A stretch of DNA of 64,000 nt from Eledone cirrhosa (taxonomy: Eukaryota): the NCBI GenBank assembly GCA_964016885.1, contig OZ024742.1, positions 155,682,001-155,746,000 of the forward strand. The letters are read 5' to 3'. A model generated the notes under the pieces. That model was not told where the DNA came from. It searched no databases and worked only from the letters and a program-made list of their open reading frames with translations. Positions 51,236-64,000 of the stretch are shown one piece after another. The position numbers and the translations under genes were made by a program. Numbering within the stretch: the first letter of the stretch is position 1; every line of letters starts with the position of its first letter.

Positions 51236-51620
51236 ATTTATAGGTGTCTGCCCTAATGAGGGCCTTTGAACTGTCACTTTGAAATATCTCTGCGGCGGTG
51301 CTTCCAGCAAAGACGAATCCGATAGTAACAATTTAAATGTGGTTGCCCTAAATAGAGCCTTGGATAGTTCACACTTAAAAAGTCTCAGCGGAGGTGCTGC
51401 CAGCAAAGACGAATCAGGCGATAACAATTTATAGTTGGTGGCCCTGAAGAGGACCTTTTAACGTTCACTTTGAAATATCTCAGCGGCGGTGCTGCCAGCA
51501 AAGATGAATCCGATGGTAACAATTTAAACTTGGTGGCCCTGAAGAGGGCCTTGGATCGTTCATTCTTAAAAATCCCAGCGGCAGAGCTGTCAAGAAAGAC
51601 GACTCCGATTAGAGTTAGTT
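51236..51620. repeat. 95-bp tandem repeat (about 4 units) in the Helitron subterminus
   Basis: Units start AATTTA at 51236, 51331, 51426 and 51521. Confidence 0.85.
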
Positions 51621-52069
51621 GCCCTTAAGAAGTCCTTCACACCACTTTGGTTTGTGGTATTTGCTTTCATTGTTATTTGAGATTGTAACCTAGGAAAGCA
51701 TGTAACAGTTGATGACCACAAAAACGGCCTTGGCAAGATCACGCTGGAATGTCAAAAAAATGTGTAAATAAGATGTAGGGAAAAGTAGATTAATTATGTT
51801 AAAACTTCGGAACATCGATAGCAAAGCGTAATAGCAACATATAAATGCGGAAAACGGAGACATTGGACATTTATAACGTATAGCAAAAGCAACCTCAGTG
51901 GCGTACGTGGTATTGTCAAAAGGACAAAATTAGCACACGGATACAGCAAATGTAAGCACTTATACAACAGAAAACCGATTACTTGTTGGCGGATTGGTTG
52001 CCTACAACATTTCCTTATAGACTATATTTTGGGTTTTCTCGCGAGTTGCAAAAGCAAATAGGTAATGTC

Positions 52070-52725
52070 AGCTCCCCACTCGAGAGCGACCAACATATAG
52101 TTGTCCATCGGAGAAGCACGGTTCTTCTAAATTAAGCCCTACGACTGTCAGCGTGTGACCCTGTGATTTGTTAATCGACATTGCGAAACTGAGCTAGAGA
52201 AGGAATTGCAGTCTTCTGAATATGAAAGGAATGTCTTTACCAGATGGAATGAGAGGTATCCTGTTGCAGAGGCGTCCCTGCTTCGTCGAATGGCCTGTCG
52301 TCCTTCATCTTCTCGAGCGCGAGCAGCGGATATTGCAGTGGAGTCCCTGCTTCGTCGAACGGCGCGTCGTCCTTCCTCCTCTCGAGCGCGAGCAGCGGTT
52401 GTTGCAGTGGCGTCCCACTTCGTCGAACGGCGCGTCGTCATTCATCCTCTCGCGCGTGAGCTGCGGTTGTTGCAGTGGCGTCCCTGTTTCGTCGAATGGC
52501 ACGTCGTCCTCCATCCTCTCGAGCGCGAGCAGCAGCAGTCGCGGCAGCACCTTTGTTCCGACGAAGTTCACGCAGACTGTCATCCTCCTCCGCTATTGCA
52601 GTTGCCGTCTGCACAGCATTCTGTGAGAGCCTGATCGCAGTCGCATTTACATCTTCGGTTAGACCTACTTGCATCATTAAATAATCAACCAATGAAAGTC
52701 CTTTTCGTGGGGGTGGGGGTTGCAT
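52070..52725 (-). pseudogene. Helitron RepHel remnant: N-terminal 23-aa repeats joined to Pif1 helicase C-terminal motifs
   Basis: (ATAAARAREDEGRRAIRRSRD)-type 69-bp repeats, then RIPLIPS..PFIFRRLQF..FAMSINKSQGHTL..GLNLEEPCFSDGQLYVGRSRVG. Confidence 0.82.
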
Positions 52726-54838
52726 TGGTTTTAGAAAATTAACCAGGGAGAATGATAAGTAGTGGACAAATAACGTTTAAGTAAGCAAATCTAAACATTG
52801 ATATAAATTATGAAAAAATGTGATAAATCTATGTGGTCTGAGAAAGTGGGTATGTTTTGCAAAATTGTGTATACCAGTAACATTTCAGGTTTTAATTTAG
52901 GGACAACGCAGCGAACGGACTACCTGTGACAAAGGAAATTAAATAGTGTAGCTACAGTGGTAGGTATATAATGTCAGTATGTTTGTTCAGTTCGAACATA
53001 GCAAAAGGTAAGTACTAACCATTGAAAGGATACAGGCAAAAATGGCCGAAAATCACAGCATGATAAACTGGAACCTTATGACCATAAACAAATGAACTAA
53101 ACCTCCTTTAAGGTGACAAATGTTCTAGAAGCATGCGTTTCAGAAACATGGTGTAGCTTATGAGAGTATGCATGTAAAAATACCTAGCACTTGTCAAAAA
53201 CCTAAAAAGAAGTGTGATATTGACCGATATAAATAGGAGCGATTTCGCTCAATGTACAACACTCGAGTTGTCTGATTGGTTAGATAATACAAATAAGTGT
53301 GATGAAATCTACTGAACACAACTCACTGATGTGTGGTTGACCAGAAGTCGCCATTTCGCACTTAATTAAGGTTCAATTAAACGGGGGAGACAATCGGGTG
53401 CAAAAACTAATCAATCATTCGCACAGTTTAGGCATGAGTGGGAAATAGCACAATACATATACAGTAGGCGTTAAAATTTACACCTGGGTTAAACGCGCTT
53501 TCTTGGTTAGGAATGTGACATGACGCCAATGTTGAAGGATAAAAATGTAACTCCCCATTCCGCATTTAATTGTGATGCAATTACCCGAGGGAGACCACCG
53601 CGTGTAAAATTAAATTCAATCATCCTAAACAAACTAAAATTAAGTCAGGTGAGGTGGTTAAACATTCGCTACTCCATTTGTAGGACATGAGTAACCGATG
53701 CGTCAACTTTCGTTTACATTGACTTTTATTTCCAGGAGTTGAAATGCTTTGCTGCACCCATAATATGACTTTAAAGGTGGTCCAGAGAGGCTCACTTCCC
53801 TCCCTAGTGGGTTCCCTTGCAAAATTCAAGTGATAACGAATGTGTGGTGCTTTATCTTATGGAAGGCAATAACCATTTGGTTTAGTCTTTGTAAGAATCA
53901 AGTATAAACACCCGAGATTATGGTGCTTTTTTATTGTGACAATTTGAACATTTATAGGTTAATTGGGCTCATTGTCCCCGAGGGGAATATGAATTCAAAT
54001 GAAAGTAAATGTGCCTCACTGTATCTTCATCTGAATAACAACTAAGTCGAAATTCGTTTTATTGGACTACCAATTATCGAAGCTATGCCGCTTTGCTGCA
54101 TTACAATAGCCAAATTCAATAAATGACTCGTCGGGGCTTACTGCCCCCTAGGGTCCTCTTTCTTGTTCCGGGTATAGACATGTCTAAAACATCATCTATA
54201 AGCAATGGTTAACCAATGTGTCCTGTAAAGTTAAAATCGAACGTAAACTTCAAGGGTTATCAGGTACTAATACAGTGTTAATGTGAACTTCAATCAATAT
54301 GTCGAAGGGGCTTACTAACTCCCCCATCCATAGGGGTCCCCTTGATAAGTTCAAGTAAAAGTTCATGTGTTTACCTTCCTTTAGAAGCCATGAGTAACCA
54401 ATACGTCCCGCTTCGTGAAAACAAAACACCAACTTAAGCAGTTATGACGTTTTGTTGCATTGATAATATCAACTTCAGCACTCATCAAGTCGGTCTACTG
54501 CCCCCCCAAGTGCATGCCTGCAAATTTGTTTACAAACAAATTTGCAGGCATAAGTAACAAAAGATTAATTTTGGTGAAGATGGGAGGCAAACTGCAGAAA
54601 TTATGCGGCCTTCATGCAGTAGTACTGCTGACTCTAAGCGAGAGGCTTAAGGGGGTTATCTTCCCCGGGGGGCAACCACAATTGATGAACGGAAAGATAA
54701 ACTAGCCTACGACGCGTAATAGCACTTCAGAAACGTATGTATGAAATTTGGTGCAAGTCGGCTGTAAAATGTAGAAAGGCATGCTGTTACACAAACAGAC
54801 AGAAGTCAGACATACATCTTCTGCTTTATATATATAGA

Positions 54839-55795
54839 CTAGCAGAAAACCACCCGGTGTGCGGTTTTCTGCTAGCAAATCTAGTGTATATACTGATATT
54901 GTTGAGATTTGGATGAGAAATGTTTTCGGCACCACATGTTCACCGTCTCTCGGTGTGTCTTTTATGCATGTATAAATATATATGTTAACTATACAGTGAA
55001 ATCTTTGAAATAAATATATATAAAACGAAAAAGGAGAAAATAAATAACTGGCGGTTAGAAAAAAATATTCCTATGAAATTTTAATCATACCATTAGGTGT
55101 GAATAAGGAAATATTTTTTTATGTCAAAACGAATGTTGAAAAGTTAAACTTCAATTTTTTGAATTATTTCCAATTTTTTTAATGAAATTGAACACAGAAC
55201 ATTGGCTGCGGGAAATGGAAATTAAATCGTATTTAATTGTATTTAAATTTCTATTTTTTCAATAAGAAATAAAAAAAAACAACAACAAAAATTGAAGAAA
55301 AAAATTGAACAAATCAAACGTAGGTTATGGAACTGCGCAATCTGATTAATACATTACCTCATCAGCAGCAACCTTCTTCAAATGGTCCTTATTATCAGCA
55401 GCAACAACCACAAATTCAATGGCAACCTTCTTGGCATGGTGTCAAGTCAGAACCGCCTCGAACTGGTTACTTCTGGCTTGTGCAAGGTGTCTCTATAGCA
55501 ACCAGCGATTCCCTCGGCCTCAGTGACCAAAGTCAGTGGAGAGGGGAAGGTAATGTTTCTATAGCGACAGTGTTTCTCTTGGTAGTACCAAAGTGGAGAA
55601 AGGAAGGGGAAGGTAATATTTCTGTAGCACGTGTTTAGCGTCTATTCACTCTCTCTCTCTCTCTCTCCCTCTCTCCCTCACGCTATCCCTCTCTCGTATT
55701 CTGTCTGTTTCTTTCACTCTCACCCTCTCTCTACGCACGTGTTTCCACTGTCGGACAGACAGACAGAGAAATTGCTGGTTATATATATAAGTAGA
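54839..55795 (-). mobile_element. Second, shorter non-autonomous Helitron directly upstream of the first
   Basis: Minus-strand A|TCTACTTATATATATAA..TCTGTCTGTCTGTC at the 5' end; terminal palindrome and CTAG at 54839-54842. Confidence 0.7.
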
Positions 55796-58700
55796 TTATC
55801 CTAGATTGAGCAATGTCTAAAGTACTCTAGTCGTGTCCACCCATCGTTTTTCATAACATTGCATTTTTCTTGTTTTAATGGTTTGAGGAATTTTAGCTAA
55901 TATGTCCAGTAGATTTGTTAGAGTCAACCTCACTGGTTCCAATGATTATGTTAAATTTATTTGATTATCTAAACTCACTTTTTTCTATAGACAACGGGAA
56001 CAGAATGTATTTCTTTAAGTAAGAGTTTACAGATAAAACCTGAACTAAATCCTGGCCTCGTTGGATTATAATTTCATGTGAATGTAGATAACGAATGTGT
56101 ATATAACATAACATATTTTATCCTGTCATGCCGATATCTATATAAGTCAATGCATCTTTATCAACCACCAATGTCAACTTCCGTATCACTGGAATAGTTT
56201 CTAATATCCCCATATCTCTTGGATAACATTTAAATACTGAAGGTTACTGATATAGCCACAATGATCACAGATTTATTGAGGTTGATAAATGAGAATGTGA
56301 CGTTCGTGTATTTATCTAATCTCAATTGCAACAGTCTTTTCTTTTTCATGATAATCTTTATATTTAAAAGTATTTTAGTATTTCACGTGCATTGCTAATC
56401 GAGAAGGACATTTTAAAAATATATATTTACACGTTAAAAAAAAAAAAAAATAGTTTAAGAGAAAAAAACAAATTGTTTTCTTCATCACTATCTGTAAGAA
56501 CGCAGATTATTCGTCGACTGAAATAATGTATTTTTAAATGTTAACGGAGACTCATTTGCGTGTTGCCAGTTAGAAATCGGTTTAGAAATATAAATGTGAT
56601 TTTCACACGTACATTAAATTTATATATATATTTTTTTTGAATTGTAGTTAGTTACTAATGTTAATTAACTTTAAAATAATTACTCGTTGGTGTGCCACTA
56701 GGACTTCTTTGAAAATTAAGACTTTAATTTATTTGCTAAAAAACGTCGATTTCACAAATGTTCAAACAATATAGATTTCCAGATCAAAAAAGGGTTACAT
56801 AATTCACACAAATAAATACGTGTTTCGTTGTATCCTTTGCGTACATGTATCTCTGAATAATCTAGTTATCATATACCAGGGAAGATTGATAGATATAGAA
56901 AAATAGAGTAAAGTAAAGATTGCATTTTTTTTATCTCATGAATCAGCCATGATCTGGAGTAATGACAATAGAAATCCTGAACATGAACATTAGTCCAAAA
57001 ACATCAAATGTGCACCTATAAAACATCATTTCATTTCGCCCTTCTTAGTTTGTAGAGAATTATAGAAACTGATCGTATAAAATGCATTTTAATCTTAAAT
57101 GCCTTAATCGGGGAAACTGAAGAAGGCTCTCCGTTGTAGACGATCGCAAACCATAGCCTGCTGCTTAAAAAAAAGAAGAATGCATTGATTAATATAGACG
57201 AAAGTATACAAAACACGTGATAGCCAAAGCTGCAATGCATATGATTGTATTTTTCGACTAGAGCTTACACGTTGCTCAAAAACTAACACCATCAGTATCT
57301 TTAGAGCAATATGAATTTAATGACAAACCACTCACAATTATGGGGATATTTCGAATCGATTCAATGTTGAAACAAACGTACTGTAGTTTATTGTTTCAGG
57401 ATACAATGAAATATTTATTTATCCATTTAAGCCGTCATAATAGTCACATTAATAATCCAAAATCAGCATCACAATTTCACATATAGAATATAGATCGATC
57501 TGCTTTGATCTCAATATTATTCGCCTTTTACCGCGTGCAGGATAGAATTGTCTTCTGAAATTTTACACGTCGAAGCTTAATAAATGCATATTATTCCTAT
57601 ACATGTATCATATACCTAAAATGATGGACACTGGCAATTTGAGCATTTGGGTTTTATAGCTAAAGCAAAATCACTTTCAAAATTTACACCTGGACATTCT
57701 CAGTTAGCTTTTCTACTCGGCATTTCCTCACCTAAAAAAGAATATTAACACATTTTATTGTATGAATTGTATTTCATCTTATCCGTATAACGAAGCATTA
57801 GCCACAAATATGAAACTTAGAAAATAAATGTCATTTCTTCGGTAACATATAGTGAAATGCGCCAGATCACTGTCAACAACACGTATTTAAGAATTAGTAT
57901 TGATATTTTATCGTACAACAAGTCAAGAATCATGTTATCCCATTGAAATCCCTGTACTACACCGTGTATTAATATTTCTAATTCTTTATATATCTCCATA
58001 GCATACGTACACATTCATGCACCCATACACATATGCACCCATACACATACATACACCCATATACATATACACATACACATACACACGCACAGATACACAC
58101 ACACATTCATACACACATATATAGACACACATACATACACAAACACACACACACACGCACACACTTATATATATATACTATTTGTTTGGTGGAATGGGGA
58201 TATTCTTCAGAGAGATGACGATGGCAAGTTTGGTCAGTATGGGTTCTAGGTGATGGTTAAGAGGGGCGTGGTTAGGTGCTAAAGGATATGTCAGTCCCAG
58301 ATTCAATCGGGAGTAACCACAGAAAGTAAGGTACTCAATAAAATAATAGAATATTTAAAAATTTAATATAGAAATGGCTTCTACAAGACTAGCGCCGTCT
58401 CATTCGAAGAAAATGACCAGGAAAGCCCATACATACATTATATTGATACGTGTATAAGTGTATGGTTGCACGTATGCTATGCAAGTATCAGGATATGAGC
58501 GCTCACGACAAAGACATCGGCGACAACACAGAAAATACCTTCTGTTCAGTCATCACCCTATGGATTAGATCAATTAAAGTTGATATATATATATAAATGT
58601 GTGTGTCTGTGTCTGTGTGTTTGTTTGTGCGTGTATGCGTGTATGTATGTATTCAAGTGTCGGCTTGATACACTTAAAACGTTATGCGAAACGTAAGACG

Positions 58701-60480
58701 AATTTTATTTCAAATGTACATAGATCTTAGGTAGAAGTTACCATCACTTTTCCTGTACAAAACACATTATTTATGACAATATTCATGTAAGCACATATTC
58801 TGGTCCCAAAATATCGTAAGTGGATGAATTACTATATCAAGTCTGAATATATTTCATGTATTTTGCTGGGTGTTTTTTTGGCATTTTATTACGGTTGGTG
58901 TAAGAATGCCATAAAAATTATGTTAGTTTCCAAACACTGAGGGTTTCATTGTAGTAATGCATTCAATATGTTTTCAACGGGGCCCATCGGATAAAGTACT
59001 CTACTCGTTGTCTTCGTGTCTGCCGTTCCACAGGTTCTCTTTTTTCTCCCATTTAATTTATTTTCTCTTTCCTTGCCAATAATTTATATTTCAAGTGAAA
59101 TGTGTTAAGAACATTTCTCATATTAATTTAAGAAATTATTTGGTGATGTGTTAGTTTTATTAATGTATGTTTAGGAGCAACAATACCAAGTGAACATTAT
59201 TTATGTTGCTTTTAAAGAACTATAATACAATTCTCTCATATTTATTTACGGTAAGGTCAGCTAACCCAGCGTAGATTGCATTGCTTTACCTACCTGGTGA
59301 GGAAGGTGAGACACGCAATCCTGCAAAACATTGTTACAGACTTCTCATTGTTCTCAAAATGATATGATCGAATTTAATATGTATATTTTTGTTATCAATT
59401 CATTTGAAATAAATTAGTTGGCTATATTTTTTTTTAAACTGGACACAAATACGTCCGATATTTGTGTTATGGCGCAATCAATCTGCAATGCTATCAAGAA
59501 CTGAACTCAAGTTACATCGAATTGTATATCTTAAGCTCTAATGAATCACCAGCTATTGCCCCCTCTCTGAAACCCCCACAATGTTTGCATAGTTAACACA
59601 TAATCGGATCGATAAATAATGTGTAAAATGCATCGACTCTTCGTTAGACATTTAAATTAATCTCTTACACGCTATCAGTTCACAATGTTTGGAATGTGGT
59701 GGAGTGAAAAAAGCCTACATAACTTATATGGCGTTGTTAGAATGACTGTTTTAACTTTCTTTGTTGAATTACTAAACAGATCATTAAGTTAATCTCAGAA
59801 ATACTATCACTTCCGACAATCGAACAGCTGAAATGAAGCGGCTAGTACATCTTCAGTGAAACCGTTCATTTTCGCGGCATAATTCTTTGAACATCTTCGA
59901 AAGTATATACAATCGTGAGACACTTTGATGTTTAGATTGTTTGTCTGCTACACAGAGAAAATTATATCTTTCTCAAATTCATTGATTCATCACGATATGT
60001 TGAAAAGTGCCGACAACATAGTTGCGCACGCAAATGTTACATGTGTTTAAGAAATATATGCATGCGTTTATTCAAGGTTTGCTGTGTTTTTGTATACGTT
60101 TATTTATATAAAGAATTTTTAGAAATATAGAATGGTGAGGCTAAAACTACATGGATATCTATATATGCACACACATTCATATGCACAGACATGCGAACAT
60201 ATGTACACGCGTGTTTTTGTTTTAATGTTGGCGTTGTTATAGTATAGAATTATGAACAATAATATATATTTACTGGTGAAAGGTTTTAAATTTCTGGTAG
60301 AGTATAATTCATTATGTAGATTATTTTCACTCTGCCATCAAGATTCGCATTCAGCGACTTATTCTGTTGGTCATATATAGATCTGTTTGTGTTTGTGTGT
60401 GTGAGAGTTTATGAGTGGATGTGTCTGAAATGTACAATGGCCCAGTGAGATTCTAGTAATAGTTGATCGGTATAAATAAT

Positions 60481-60623
60481 TGTTTCTATTTTAGGTACAG
60501 GGCCAGCAATTACCCAGAGCATTACTGGTACTTTATTTTATCGACCCCGTAGGGATGAAAGGCAAAGTAAACCTCGGCGGGATTTGAACTCAGATCGTAA
60601 AGGGACGTAACTATGCCAATCCA
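60481..60623 (-). mobile_element. Octopod-type SINE (internally deleted)
   Basis: Same core and tail, preceded by AATAAT on the plus strand. Confidence 0.85.
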
Positions 60624-61324
60624 TGTAATATAGAACTGGCGATGGAAAAAGTGGACGGAGGCGCCAGAAATGAATAAAACCCGCATATATCAAATATTAG
60701 GTGAGTGTTTTAACCAGTTTGCTCAGGACATCTTGTCTATTGATTGAAGCTTTTTATACTGTTTTAAGGTTGTAGCTGATTGCGTAAACAGCTATTTAAC
60801 TTAGGAGGGATTGAAAAAATCTGAAATATGACTTTCAAAAATCATTTACGGGATGTTTCAAATTATATGCATTATAGTCACCGCATCCTTGACATTTATA
60901 TTTTTAAAGTTACTCCACTCTTCTCAAGTTACTGTTTCTTTACAATTTTGATTACTGGCTTAAATCTTCGATAAAACGTCAAATCGAGGCCCCTGTCAAT
61001 GTATTTAAAGCACTCTCCAAATAGTCAGGAGATGTGACGCTTAATTTTTCGCAATCGCTTCTTTCCATTCTTCTCCATGTTCAAGTGCATTTTACCCGAT
61101 TTATTCTACTTCCATTTTATACTGAGTGCCTACTTATATATTCATTGGGATTGATGGGACGATATTTCCAATTTATATACATATATTAATATATTAATAT
61201 ATATATGCATATATATATATTAATATATATATATATATACATATATATATACATGGTGCGTTATGGTCCATCTGTTTCTTTACCACATTTCCTTCGTTAT
61301 ATATATATATATATAAATATATAT

Positions 61325-61976
61325 TTGAAGGAGACGAGAAATCAGAGGTAAAAAAAAGTTTTATTAATTTCACGGTTTGTATGGAAAGGGGAAAAGAAAG
61401 TTCGGGCTTTAAATTTTCTTCGGGAGTACAAAAATAGTGACAGGATCACAAAGGTTTGATAGAAAAAAATAAATAAATATATACCTTGATTTTATATGTT
61501 CTGGCTTGTTAATCTATTAACCCGCCATAGAACCACATTGGCATACGGTTGGATAATACTTGTTTCCCTATATGTATTTTTTTACGTGTAGGAATTCATA
61601 TTTTATTATTATTGATTTCCCCCTAAGATAGAGATAACATTTTGGCCGTTTGGACTGCTGCTATTTCTAGTGGCAGGTCATTGACCTGTCCACCCTGTCT
61701 TTTGTCTTTGCACACGGCACTAGACATAATTATTTCTTTCATCATTCACTCTCATTTCGGAATGGTTTTGTATGGCGTCAGTTTGTGATTTGAACTCGGG
61801 AATTGTATATTCTCCGAGGGAGAAGAGCCCTCTGAAGATTGCTCCCTTCTCAATGGAAATCTGCTTGAATTTTCCGTTTATTCTGGAGCATGAAACCGAG
61901 GTAAAGGCAGATATAGTAAGTACTGCGAATTTTTATTTATTTATATTAAAACATGTTCTCTATTTGCTAGACCTTG

Positions 61977-61980
<4 letters not shown>
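61325..61980 (-). mobile_element. Possible highly decayed PLE GIY-YIG fragment between (TA)n runs
   Basis: Minus-strand segment near 61,540-61,590 reads roughly KKYIG...LSNRM, like YIGxT..L..RM; otherwise broken. Confidence 0.35.
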
Positions 61981-62042
<62 letters not shown>

Positions 62043-62046
<4 letters not shown>

Positions 62047-62756
62047 AAAATGCATGGCCTCGACGGCAGAGGTGAAGCCGTTTCGAAGGCTATTTCTGGA
62101 CTGAAAACAGCCGTCGAAACGGCTTGAGCTCTGCCGTCGAGGTCATAGATTTTCCTATTACCCTTCTACTACCCTAAGTATTGAGCAATCTGGTTCATTA
62201 TGGTCAATCTGGTTCCTTACCACAACTCCTTCATTATATATATATATATATACAGAAATATCCACTGTAAGTTGTGGGGTCAAGACTGCATGAAGAACTC
62301 AATGTAATCCATATGTTGAAAATGTTGTAGGTTAAAATAAATCCCGGAAAACAATAAGACATCAGAAGGAAAACAGAGTCATGATATAAGTTAAAACAAT
62401 GAAATAAAAATTCAAGTCATTAGAAATATACGTCACTGCTTTGCGATCGTCACCTAGAAACGATCGTAAAGCAGTGAAGTATATTTATAATGACTTGAAT
62501 TTTTATTTCATTGTTTTAACTTATATTATATATATATATATATATATTATTAGAAATGTTAGCTATCGCCGTATTTTGACTAAAGAAATTAAATAAATTA
62601 TTTAGCCTGGTAGTAGGGTTAAGAACCCTCGGAGAAATGAAAAGTCAATACTCATCTTTTTCCATTTCTCCGAGGGTTCTTAACCCCACTATCAGGCTAA
62701 ATAATTTCTTTAATTTCTTTAGCCAAAATACGGCGATAGCTAACATTTCTAATAAT
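62043..62756. repeat. Three successive fold-back palindromes (62043-62157, 62384-62526, 62546-62756) abutting (TA)n
   Basis: Arms checked by eye as reverse complements with few mismatches and short loops. Confidence 0.88.
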
Positions 62757-62792
62757 TTCAAATCAACTCGCTGTTTCGAAACTATCCTAACT

Positions 62793-62842
<50 letters not shown>

Positions 62843-64000
62843 AGAGAGAGATGGGAGGTACACATATTAATATATAGATATAGAAAAGTAAAAAGCTGTC
62901 CCACCAATGCCGATGAACTTAAGCTGTTAACCGACTAGAGTTGTGCAATAATGCACATTGCAATCAGTTAATTAATGGGACTGCCAATGGAATAAAGCTC
63001 TCAATGATATGTACTAAACAAAATTCATTTTGGTAATCCAATTTGGGAGTATACATACAGTAGAATAAATAATAGTGAAGGCCTTACGAAGTTGCGAAAT
63101 GTATTCAGCTATTGTGCATATTTTCCACTGTCCATGATTAAGTGGTGTGATTTCAACGTAACTATCGAACAAAATTCATCAGCTAGCTTTCAGAGACGAA
63201 ATCAACCATCTTGTAAAGTTTATTGACAAACAGCTAAATGGTAACACTCTATATGCCGGCCACTGTATCGATGGACTTTGCTTGTTTTTATCTCTGAATG
63301 CTGGTTACGTTGGTTGGCGAAAAATAGAATGAAAACTGGAATTAAATTTCACAGGGTAACGGACTTTTGTAGCTAAACAAATATATCGGCCTCCTTCCTT
63401 GTCTTCACATTATATTGCATTAGCAACGTGATCTCATTGCACAGACGCGGTCTGAGGTATTAGTGTTACTGGTTGCGATGCATCAGGTACACCTGAACGC
63501 CATTGAAATATGTATCACAGCTTTATGAATAATGGAAATGTGATCATTTACATCGGAACTTTGCAATTATCTTTATTTTGAATATAATCCGCTGTGGACT
63601 AAAAATATCTACATATTTTAAAGAATATGTCTGTGTGTCTGTTTGTTTTACTAACATAAAAACAAGCATCCTATATAAAGTTCATAGAGGACAACTACTA
63701 TAGATCCGGTACTCAAAGCCAAGAATGTATATCAATAAGCAAGATTCAAAGTTGTAGATTTATTCTACGTGCATGAATCACTCTAGTCGTTCAGAATTAC
63801 ATGTGACAGTCTCTATGAAGTAATTCGGAGGAATGAGCCCTACGTCACCAACCTTGACAAAAATTGATCAGCTGATGATATTAGAGTTATCTCGCGTGCT
63901 TACTATGTTCGAGTTCAAAACACTTAAAGTAGATATGTTTTATTTTTGATTTAGAAAAAGGTTAATCGCAGATAACTGTAATCTATCAGCAAACCGTATT

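Larger units (their letters stand above)
51138..54838 (-). mobile_element. Non-autonomous, internally deleted Helitron
   Basis: Minus-strand 5' TC(TA)n; 3' hairpin TACCgGGCAACGCCgGGTA, then CTAG|T; remnants of RepHel N-terminal repeats and Pif1 helicase C-terminus. Confidence 0.85.

Noticed and set aside
51440-51490. CTGAAGA..GAAA..TC hammerhead-like string in the 95-bp repeat
   Set aside because: Stems I and II do not pair next to the core, and the motif is not kept in all units.
51236-51620. CRISPR-like array
   Set aside because: Contiguous diverged tandem units without unique spacers, eukaryotic context and no cas genes.
55327-55638. Gln-rich 103-aa ORF as a host gene
   Set aside because: It lies inside the putative Helitron, is low complexity and has no recognisable domain; a captured fragment cannot be excluded but is unsupported.
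56000-60400. Host exons in the AT-rich right-hand region
   Set aside because: No ORF with recognisable motifs; short exons cannot be excluded without transcript data.

Overview
AT-rich, repeat-dense eukaryotic DNA with no recognisable intact host gene. The dominant tRNA-derived SINE resembles octopod cephalopod SINEs, so an octopus-like mollusc is inferred. Bases ~405-28,916 look like a single (AAT)n microsatellite expanded into a ~28.5-kb array of seven non-LTR retrotransposons, each bounded by (AAT)n. Three are Tx1/L1-group elements (APE-RT, all on the minus strand). Four are R4/Dong-like RT-RLE elements (all on the plus strand; one has an intact 1130-aa ORF). The SINE's last ~30 nt align without gaps to the Tx1 3' end and its target duplications are ATT/AAT-type, suggesting an (ATT)n-targeting Tx1 LINE-SINE partnership. 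The middle of the window holds (TA)n-associated Penelope-like elements (Naiad-like and Neptune-like) in inverted-repeat configurations, several hammerhead ribozymes (including U3-A8 core variants) and many fold-back palindromes. A tandem pair of non-autonomous Helitrons lies at 51.1-55.8 kb. All alignments and folds were done by eye; no database searches were run.
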